From: Candidatus Parcubacteria bacterium
GTDB lineage: Bacteria; Patescibacteriota; Minisyncoccia; Phycocordibacterales; PALSA-1337
NCBI GenBank assembly: GCA_034666165.1
Contig: JAXDMJ010000046.1
Coordinates: 1-39,365, forward strand
Length of the DNA stretch: 39,365 bases
Direction of reading: 5' to 3'
Part shown: piece by piece, positions 17,003 to 23,555 of the stretch
Layout of the letters: each line of letters opens with the position of its first letter
Position numbering within the stretch: position 1 is the first letter of the stretch
Translations under genes and position numbers: made by a program
The notes under the pieces: generated by a model
Seen by the model: only the letters and a program-made list of their open reading frames with translations
Told to the model about the DNA's origin: nothing
Databases searched by the model: none

Positions 17003-17030
17003 AGTGTACGCGCGCCTCATTCGGTGTCAA
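17003..17030 (-). promoter_or_regulatory. Promoter of paralog B
   Basis: The minus strand reads TTGACA (17030-17025) - 16 nt - TACACT (17008-17003) - 8 nt - ATG 16994. The geometry is the same as for paralog A. Confidence 0.5.
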
Positions 17031-17052
17031 CGTAATCTGTTATACTTTTCGC

Positions 17053-18867
17053 ATGAATTACTCGATACGGCGACCACTCTCGCTTGACGAACAGCATGCC
17101 CTGGCCGGATACTCTCCGCTCTTGTCGCATTTACTCTTTCATCGCGGCGTGAGAGATGCGATAGCCGCCGGCGCGTTCACGTCCCCGGACTATGAAGCCG
17201 GTTTGCATGACCCGTTTCTCTTGAAGGACGCAGAAAAAGCGGCCGACCGCATCGTCCGAGCCATTGAACAAGATGAAAAGATCGCCATCTATGCCGATTA
17301 TGATGCCGACGGTATTCCCGGAGCGGCCATGTTCAATGATTTTTTCAAAAGGATCGGCTTCGCTAACTACCTCATCTACATTCCGCACCGGCACAACGAA
17401 GGTTTTGGCGTGAACAGTGAAGCAGTCAAGCACTTGGCCGAACAGGGGGTTAAGCTATTGATCACAGTTGACTGCGGCATCAGCGATTTTGTTCCGCTCT
17501 CCGAAGCCAAAAATCGAGGTCTCGACGTCATCGTAACTGACCACCACGAACCGCAACCACCTTTACCCCCGGCTTTTGCCATCCTCGACCATCGGCAAGC
17601 AGGTTGCTCCTATCCCGACAAAAATCTCTGCGGTTCAGCCGTGGCTTTCAAGCTCATTCAGGCGGTTTTAAAAAAGAATCAATTCGGCTTGAAAGAAGGG
17701 GCGGAAAAATGGTTTCTGGATCTGGTCGGCATAGCCACGCTCTCTGATATGGTGCCTTTGACCGGTGAAAATCGCATTCTAGCGCACTACGGCCTGGCCG
17801 TTCTGCGAAAAAGTCCGCGGAAAGGGCTGGTCCAACTCTTTCGCAAGCTGAATCTCGATCAACGGCATCTTTCCGAGGATGACATAGCGTTTATGATCAC
17901 GCCCCGCTTGAATGCTGCCTCACGCATGGGCGTGCCGATGGATGCTTTCAATCTCCTGGCCGCCGATTCCGATACGGACGCATACGTCTATGCTGAACAT
18001 CTTGATCGGATAAATAACGAGCGCAAAGGCGTGGTGGCGTCCTTAGTCAAGGAAGTGAAAAAGACCGTCCGCGAGAGGCATGGCGCTCTGGTGCCCTCGG
18101 TCATCGTTCTCGGCAATCCGGCTTGGCGGCCGGCGCTTCTCGGCCTCGCCGCCAATTCCTGCGCCGAAGAATTCCGCCGCCCGGTCTTTCTCTGGGGACG
18201 CGACGGGGATAATATGATCAAGGGCTCGTGCCGGTCTGAAGGAACGACGCACGTCGTAGAGCTGATGCAATCTGTGCCAGTCGGCGTCTTTTCGCAGTTT
18301 GGCGGGCATCGGCACTCCGGCGGCTTTACGGTGGACAATGAGGGGGTGCATTTTCTGGAGCAGAGACTCAATGACGCTTATGAGGAAAGTCGCGAACGGG
18401 TCGCTGTGGCGAAAGTGAGCCGGGCAGGCGGCGATTCGGACGATAAAGAGAATGATGACGGCGCGAATGATGACGAGAAGGGCGACGAAGAGGAGAAAAA
18501 TGGTGAAGAGCAGGAGGGCGAAACTATCGACGCCGAGCTCGCATTGGACGGCGTCACTGCCGAGCTCTATGAGGACATCAATAAATTGTCGCCTTTTGGC
18601 AAAGGAAATCCTAAACCACTTTTCCTCTTTAGAAACGTTATCCCTTCTACTGTCCGCCGATTCGGAAAGGCGAGCGAACATGTCGAGCTCAAGTTCAAAC
18701 AGGGAAGCGGCAAGACTATTAGAGCCATTTCCTTTTTCGGCGCGGCGCAAGAATGGGCCAAAGGCCTTCAGGGCGGAGCAATCGTAGACCTCATCGCCTC
18801 GGTCGAAAAGTCGACATATCGCAACCGCAACGAGCTCCGCTTGAGGATCGCAGACATAGTTCAATGA
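17053..18867 (+). CDS. recJ: Single-stranded-DNA-specific exonuclease RecJ
   Basis: 604 aa. DHH motifs are IYADYDADGI, TVDCG and VIVTDHHEP. A DHHA1 region (GGHRHSGGF) and a C-terminal OB-like domain are present. TATACT (17041-17046) lies 6 nt upstream of the ATG. Confidence 0.93.
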   Translation: MNYSIRRPLSLDEQHALAGYSPLLSHLLFHRGVRDAIAAGAFTSPDYEAGLHDPFLLKDAEKAADRIVRAIEQDEKIAIYADYDADGIPGAAMFNDFFKRIGFANYLIYIPHRHNEGFGVNSEAVKHLAEQGVKLLITVDCGISDFVPLSEAKNRGLDVIVTDHHEPQPPLPPAFAILDHRQAGCSYPDKNLCGSAVAFKLIQAVLKKNQFGLKEGAEKWFLDLVGIATLSDMVPLTGENRILAHYGLAVLRKSPRKGLVQLFRKLNLDQRHLSEDDIAFMITPRLNAASRMGVPMDAFNLLAADSDTDAYVYAEHLDRINNERKGVVASLVKEVKKTVRERHGALVPSVIVLGNPAWRPALLGLAANSCAEEFRRPVFLWGRDGDNMIKGSCRSEGTTHVVELMQSVPVGVFSQFGGHRHSGGFTVDNEGVHFLEQRLNDAYEESRERVAVAKVSRAGGDSDDKENDDGANDDEKGDEEEKNGEEQEGETIDAELALDGVTAELYEDINKLSPFGKGNPKPLFLFRNVIPSTVRRFGKASEHVELKFKQGSGKTIRAISFFGAAQEWAKGLQGGAIVDLIASVEKSTYRNRNELRLRIADIVQ

Positions 18868-18895
18868 AAAATCATATCCATCATAAATCAATGAT

Positions 18896-19600
18896 ATGAG
18901 CGTCACGATATTCACCGACGGCGCATCACGTGGCAATCCCGGACCCGGCGGCTGGGCAGCTATCGTCGTTGACGGGACAAATGTGTGCGAGCTTGGCGGC
19001 GGCGAAAAGACAGCCACCAATAACAGAATGGAATTGACGGCCGCCGCAGCAGGACTTTCCAAAGCGCCGAAAAAAGAGCCGGCCACGGTCTACACCGACT
19101 CTTCGTACGTCATACACGGCATAACTAAATGGATCCATAACTGGAAGCGCAATGACTGGCAGACCAAGACGAAGAAAGATGTGCTCAATAAGGAGCTCTG
19201 GATGGAATTGGCGGATGAAATCGAAAAGCGGACAGTCAAATGGGAATATGTAAGCGGGCATGCGGGCATTTTAGGCAACGAGCGCTGTGATCACATCGCC
19301 ACCGCTTTCGCCGATGGACGGAAAGTCAAACTTTATAAAGGGCCGCTGGCCCAGTATGACCTGCCGAACATTCTCGATATTAAGGCTGAAACGCAAAAAC
19401 TTTCCGCCAAGAAATCTGCCTCGTCGCGTGCTAAGGCCAAGCCGTATTCATACGTGAGCTCGGTGGGCGGCGTCATAGAAGTACATCCGACATGGGCGGA
19501 GTGCGAAAAGCGCGTCAAGGGCGTGAAGGGAGCGCGATTTAAGAAAGCGATCAGCGCCGAGGATGAGGCCGATATCACCGATGAATTCGGCGCGCTGTGA
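18896..19600 (+). CDS. rnhA: Ribonuclease HI fused to a C-terminal hybrid-binding (HBD / Cauli_VI-like) domain
   Basis: 234 aa. The RNase H catalytic residues appear in FTDGAS, NNRMELTA, VYTDSSY and GNERCDHIA. The C-terminal segment YSYVSSVGGVIEVHPTWAECEKRVKGVKGARFKKAISAEDEA (nt ~19442-19588) matches the RNase H1 HBD pattern Y.V..G...G....W.EC...V.G..GA.FKKF....EA. Confidence 0.9.
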   Translation: MSVTIFTDGASRGNPGPGGWAAIVVDGTNVCELGGGEKTATNNRMELTAAAAGLSKAPKKEPATVYTDSSYVIHGITKWIHNWKRNDWQTKTKKDVLNKELWMELADEIEKRTVKWEYVSGHAGILGNERCDHIATAFADGRKVKLYKGPLAQYDLPNILDIKAETQKLSAKKSASSRAKAKPYSYVSSVGGVIEVHPTWAECEKRVKGVKGARFKKAISAEDEADITDEFGAL

Positions 19601-19638
19601 ATTCTAGTCGCGTTTCGATTCCCGCTAGGCACCCCGAC

Positions 19639-19667
19639 TTGACATGTTATACCAAGAATGGTATGCT
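19639..19667 (+). promoter_or_regulatory. Promoter of the 19782 orphan gene
   Basis: TTGACA (19639-19644) - 17 nt - TATGCT (19662-19667). The leader is about 110 nt and contains a GGCGCC-GTGTT-GGCGCC hairpin. Confidence 0.5.
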
Positions 19668-19781
19668 TATGTCGGAAGTTTGAAAACGCTTCTGCTGTGG
19701 CGAAGAGTCCAGCATCACAAACAAACGTTTGCTTAGGCGCCGTGTTGGCGCCACAAGTGAGCTCATAAGAAAGGAAGGTAT

Positions 19782-20363
19782 ATGAGCCAAAGGCTTGTTA
19801 CTTCTCAGCAGGTCAGCTATGTCAGGCAGCTTATTAACGATCAAAGGTTCGGTCGTGCCGCGTTCCAGGACATTCTTGATAATGGAGTGGTCGTGAGACT
19901 GCTCGATTACTTCAAGGTCATTAACAAGGCGACTATCCGGACTGACATTGTCCGGACGCATGTCGTACGAATAGAGGTTAGACCAGAGCGCCACTCGCCA
20001 GCCGCCATCGATCAGAACGTAATTCTCGTGAATTTTCCCTTGAACGGGGGATCGTATGATCTGGCGTGCGCGTGGGCTGAAAACATGGGGCTGGAAAAGA
20101 CCGACGCCAGCCAGATCTCTGCCATCAGTGAGCAGCACCCGGCTCTCTATAAGCAGCTTGGATTCACTGAGAATCCTTGCGGCGCATACCTTATGTATAT
20201 CGCCGCGACTGCCGTACACCAAGACAAGGTGCATACCTTGGTGTGGCAGAAGTCTCGAGACGATCATGGCGCGGTCACAAAGAAACTAGGCAGTTTCTGG
20301 GCCGCGCATATGAGTGCCACCTACGCATGGTTTGCATTTTTGCAGCCCAGAGCCTCGGCTTAA
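19782..20363 (+). CDS. Hypothetical protein (193 aa), orphan with atypical codon usage
   Basis: A strong SD (AAGGAAGG, 19771-19778) precedes the ATG. A promoter lies upstream and a hairpin terminator downstream. The gene uses AGG/AGA/CGA Arg codons, which are rare in the neighbouring core genes. No family recognised. Confidence 0.6.
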   Translation: MSQRLVTSQQVSYVRQLINDQRFGRAAFQDILDNGVVVRLLDYFKVINKATIRTDIVRTHVVRIEVRPERHSPAAIDQNVILVNFPLNGGSYDLACAWAENMGLEKTDASQISAISEQHPALYKQLGFTENPCGAYLMYIAATAVHQDKVHTLVWQKSRDDHGAVTKKLGSFWAAHMSATYAWFAFLQPRASA

Positions 20364-20418
20364 TCGAATGGCAATATCATCAGTCAGCACGGATAGCTAG
20401 TTCAAGTGCGCTTCAAAC

Positions 20419-20450
20419 AACCGCAGAGTAAAATCTGCGGTTCGTCTTAT
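20419..20450 (+). terminator. Hairpin terminator after the orphan gene
   Basis: AACCGCAG-AGTAAAAT-CTGCGGTT forms a perfect 8-bp stem (20419-20442). It is followed by CGTCTTATATAT, which is only moderately U-rich. Confidence 0.45.
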
Positions 20451-20563
20451 ATATGGCGGTTTGAAGGGTAGGGTAGAAGGTTGGAACGTAGATACTTGCA
20501 TCTTTTCTCACCTCAAACGCAGTTCAAACTTCCTCTACGTCGGCACCCAAGCTTGGCATTAGT

Positions 20564-20592
20564 TTGACAAACTATGTCACTCTTGTTATTGT
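20564..20592 (+). promoter_or_regulatory. Candidate promoter of the DEAD-box helicase gene
   Basis: TTGACA (20564-20569) - 17 nt - TATTGT (20587-20592). The leader is about 110 nt and contains the palindrome GTGCTAGCAC and an ACAGCC...GGCTGT hairpin. Confidence 0.45.
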
Positions 20593-20706
20593 GCTAGCAC
20601 AACTCTATCTCACTAGGTTTTTTGTGCGAGAAATCGGGCTACTAAAAACTCATGAGACGACAGCCACGATTTTATCCGTAACGGCTGTAAATCAGAATGT
20701 ATAGAA

Positions 20707-21954
20707 ATGTATAAAAAGCAATTTTCGCGTAACCATTTTCACTCTTCGGGCGGGCATGCTTCGGGCGCAGGCGGACGCGACCGAAACCGTAGTCAAAACC
20801 GCGGCGGAAGCCGGGGCGGTGGCAGGAACCGGGGCATGAGGGGCTTCAGTCAATTCAGCGATTCTTCAAAATTCATCAATAAAGCCGTGATCACCGAGGA
20901 GATGGAGCATTTTGTGCCGGAGCATTCATTCAAGGATTTCAACATAGATGAACGGCTGAAGAACGCTGTGATCGCAAAGGGATATAGCGTGCCGACACCC
21001 ATCCAAGATCGGGCTATTCCGCATATCCTCAAAAATGCCAATGTGCTCGGTATCGCGAACACGGGCACCGGAAAGACGGCGGCATTCCTGATTCCGCTCA
21101 TCAATAAGGTCCTCGCCAATCCCAAAGAAAAAGTCCTGATAGTCGCGCCGACCAGGGAACTCGCTACTCAGATCGATCAGGAGCTCAAGGGATTCGTCAA
21201 AGGCCTGAAGATATTCTCGGTCTGTTGCGCCGGCGGAGCTCCGCTCGGCAATCAAATACGGGAACTGCGATATTTCAACAACTTCGTCACCGGCACGCCC
21301 GGACGATTGAAGGACCATATCACGAGCCGAAGGATAGTTCTTTCGGAATTCAGGACGATCGTGCTTGACGAAGCCGATCGGATGCTCGATATGGGATTCA
21401 TCGCCGACATGCGTTTCATCATGGCCGGCCTGCCGAAAGAACGCCAGTCGCTCTTCTTCTCGGCGACGCTTTCGGCGGAGGTCGAGAAGCTCATCAAGGA
21501 ATTCCTTTCGGAGCCGGTCCGCATTTCAGTGAAGACGCGGGATACCGCTCAAAATATCGAGCAGGACGTCGTGCGGGTAAAGAACGGATCGAAATACGAC
21601 AAATTGAGCGATCTCTTGCGGCAGGAAGGATTCCAAAAAGTTCTCATATTCGGGCGCACGAAATTCGGCGTGGAACGGCTTTCGAAGATGCTCATCGAAA
21701 AAGGCTTCAAGGCATCCTCGATCCATGGAAACAAGAACCAATCGCAGCGCGAGCGCGCCCTCAAACTTTTCAAGACGAATGACCTTCAGGTGCTGGTGGC
21801 GACCGACGTCGCGGCCAGAGGCCTCGATATCGCCGACGTGAGCCATGTGATCAACTATGATCTGCCGGCGACGTACGACGACTATATCCATCGCATCGGA
21901 CGGACCGGAAGGGGCGACAAGAAGGGGAAGGCGCTGACGTTCATCGAGCAGTGA
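20707..21954 (+). CDS. DEAD-box ATP-dependent RNA helicase with N-terminal RGG-rich tail
   Basis: 415 aa. It has the Q motif (F..F.....L..A....GY..PTPIQ), motif I ANTGTGKTAAF, Ia PTRELA, II VLDEADRML, III SAT and VI HRIGRTGRG. The first ~45 aa are G/R/S/N-rich. Confidence 0.95.
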   Translation: MYKKQFSRNHFHSSGGHASGAGGRDRNRSQNRGGSRGGGRNRGMRGFSQFSDSSKFINKAVITEEMEHFVPEHSFKDFNIDERLKNAVIAKGYSVPTPIQDRAIPHILKNANVLGIANTGTGKTAAFLIPLINKVLANPKEKVLIVAPTRELATQIDQELKGFVKGLKIFSVCCAGGAPLGNQIRELRYFNNFVTGTPGRLKDHITSRRIVLSEFRTIVLDEADRMLDMGFIADMRFIMAGLPKERQSLFFSATLSAEVEKLIKEFLSEPVRISVKTRDTAQNIEQDVVRVKNGSKYDKLSDLLRQEGFQKVLIFGRTKFGVERLSKMLIEKGFKASSIHGNKNQSQRERALKLFKTNDLQVLVATDVAARGLDIADVSHVINYDLPATYDDYIHRIGRTGRGDKKGKALTFIEQ

Positions 21955-22291
21955 TAGGAAAAAGAATGCTTATTGTGTATAGTGATCGTATGAAGAAAAA
22001 GCGCGGACCCGCGAATACGCAGTTGAGGACATCTCGTTCGAGGAAGACAAAAAAGCGGCTGGCCGCAAAGTACATCCGGCTTTCGCTAAAAAAAGCCTGA
22101 GGGGCTTGTTGATGATTCATAGTCTGCTAGTCCTCTGAAATGCCATATTTTAGGCCACATTTCCTAGGTATTAGATACAAGTTCTCCCAAGCTTTAATGA
22201 TTTTGTTAAGTAAAATAAGTGTTTTTTAAACAATTCCGGCGAGGAAAATCTGAAGCAGAATTCCCTCACGTATTTCTCCAGACTGATGCTA

Positions 22292-22319
22292 TTGACAAAT
22301 ACTTATATTTGTTTAATAT
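22292..22319 (+). promoter_or_regulatory. Promoter plus inverted-repeat operator of the toxin-antitoxin operon
   Basis: TTGACA (22292-22297) - 16 nt - TAATAT (22314-22319). The inverted repeat ACAAATA-N4-TATTTGT (22295-22312) sits between the hexamers. Confidence 0.5.
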
Positions 22320-22368
22320 ATGTAATGTCTGAATTTTGACAACCACAGTTCGAAGAAAGGAATTGTAT

Positions 22369-22626
22369 ATGAAAACGATAGCAGTTACGGTCAATGTGCC
22401 GAATGACATGCTTTTGCATCCGAAAACCAATGACGGAGACCTGGAGAAAAGATTCAAGTTTCTGCTGGCTCTTAAACTTTTTGAGCTCGGAGACGTGAGT
22501 TCGGGCGGGGCAGCTCTCATGTGTGGCATGAGCCGTGTCGACTTTATCACCGAGGTCAGTGGCATGAAAATACCTGTTGTGGACCTGGCCCCTGAAGAAA
22601 TGAAGGAGGAGTTCTCAAATGCCTGA
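22369..22626 (+). CDS. UPF0175-family antitoxin
   Basis: 85 aa from ATG 22369, with SD AAAGGAA 6 nt upstream. The core LALKLFELGDVSSGGAALMCGMSRVDFITEVSGMKIPV matches the UPF0175 pattern (L...G.lS.G.AA.laGmsr.eF...l...gi.v). Confidence 0.8.
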   Translation: MKTIAVTVNVPNDMLLHPKTNDGDLEKRFKFLLALKLFELGDVSSGGAALMCGMSRVDFITEVSGMKIPVVDLAPEEMKEEFSNA

Positions 22627-23122
22627 TTTCTTTACGGGGCCGGTAGTCTGCAACACCGGCCCGCTGCTAGGTCTTTACCGGATTCGGCAAGTTGTTCTTC
22701 TGGGCGCGATGTTTCCGAAGGTCATCCTGCCACTCGAAGTTGTCGAGGAGCTCACTAGTTCTTCACACGATGATGTTGAAGGCGTTCGGGGAGCGATTTC
22801 CGGACTCTCGCTTCTCGACAGACCATGTCAAATCGATGTGCCGCTCTTGGCAAGGATCGGCCGCGGCGAAACAGCTGTGATGGTCACCGCGCGTGCCCAG
22901 AACATACCGCATGTTATCATCGATGAGCGTCGAGGTCGCCATATTGCGCAACTTGTATTCGGTCTCAAAGTCAAGGGAACGCTCGGTATCCTGCTCGCCG
23001 CGAAGCAGCGTGGACTCATAAATGCGGTAAGACCGTTGATCCAGGGAATGATGGATGAGCGATACTACTTCAGCGCCAGGCTTGTGAATGAATGCCTTCT
23101 CAGAGCCGGAGAATTAACATGA
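22619..23122 (+). CDS. DUF3368-family PIN-like putative toxin
   Basis: 167 aa. The start overlaps the antitoxin stop by 8 nt (ATGCCTGA). The SD is AAGGAGGAG. Motifs IGRGETAVMVTA, VIIDERRGRHIA, VKGTLGILLAAKQRGLI and LLRAGE match the DUF3368 pattern. Confidence 0.8.
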   Translation: MPDFFTGPVVCNTGPLLGLYRIRQVVLLGAMFPKVILPLEVVEELTSSSHDDVEGVRGAISGLSLLDRPCQIDVPLLARIGRGETAVMVTARAQNIPHVIIDERRGRHIAQLVFGLKVKGTLGILLAAKQRGLINAVRPLIQGMMDERYYFSARLVNECLLRAGELT

Positions 23123-23203
23123 TTCTTTGTTGTTTCCCAGATCTCCAGCATGCGGCGCATCATCAGGGAATTGTCATTAAGAGTAAGATTTTTTGGGTGA
23201 CCG

Positions 23204-23230
23204 GGGCATCAGAAATGACGCCCTTTTTGT
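23204..23230 (+). terminator. Rho-independent terminator after the TA operon
   Basis: GGGCATCA-GAAA-TGACGCCC forms an 8-bp stem with one A.C mismatch and a GNRA loop. It is followed by TTTTTGTATT. Confidence 0.65.
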
Positions 23231-23272
23231 ATTATTCATAATGTGGAGACTCCAGAATAGTGCCCTCGAATC

Positions 23273-23524
23273 TTACAAAAGAACCGCTGGAATTCCATCC
23301 ACGATATTGACGTATTTATTAATTACAGTACCATTATCCGTGTCATGAAAAACACGCGCGGCACCAAGAATATTGCGACTTTCCGGCATTGCCGGTATTT
23401 TTCGATTGCTATTGTTCCTGTCCACGAAAAACGCTGTGTTTTGAGCATTTAAGCCTCTCTTGAATTCTCCAAACGCCGCGGACATCGCGGTGTAGCTGTT
23501 CTTTTTTTCCACAAACTCGACCAA
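23273..23524 (-). CDS. Doubtful short ORF (83 aa, TTG start), possibly a gene remnant
   Basis: It is the only open frame in the 23123-23555 gap. It has a non-ATG start, no SD, no recognisable family and no terminator. The frame stays open upstream into the ABC gene start. Confidence 0.2.
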   Translation of the reverse strand: MVEFVEKKNSYTAMSAAFGEFKRGLNAQNTAFFVDRNNSNRKIPAMPESRNILGAARVFHDTDNGTVINKYVNIVDGIPAVLL

Positions 23525-23555
23525 AGTCTCTTCAAAATCGAACCAAAGGCAATGA

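Noticed and set aside
18043-19086. A 347-aa minus-strand ORF opposite the recJ 3' end and the rnhA 5' end
   Set aside because: It lies antisense to two confidently identified genes and spans their intergenic gap. The composition is typical of GC-rich antisense frames.
19601-19640. A tRNA-like T-loop string GTTTCGATTCCCGC after rnhA
   Set aside because: The flanking bases cannot form a T-stem: CGCGT is not complementary to CCCGC. No acceptor or anticodon arms can be drawn. No tRNA was found anywhere in the window.
19647-20267. A 206-aa ATG-initiated ORF antisense to the 19782 orphan gene
   Set aside because: It has no SD, no promoter and no terminator of its own, and its 3' end runs into the plus-strand promoter. 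The plus-strand frame has a promoter, SD and terminator. I kept it only as a note inside the orphan-gene finding.
22336-22368. ORF-track start codons at 22336 (TTG), 17030 (TTG) and 15721 (GTG) for the antitoxin, paralog B and the HIT gene
   Set aside because: Each of these non-ATG starts coincides with a promoter hexamer or TTGACA-like motif (TTGACAA, TTGACA, gTGTATAAT). A downstream ATG with better context gives the conserved N-terminus in every case.
22266-22565. A 99-aa minus-strand ORF opposite the antitoxin gene and its promoter
   Set aside because: It overlaps the well-supported UPF0175 gene and its promoter. It has no signals and a low-complexity translation.
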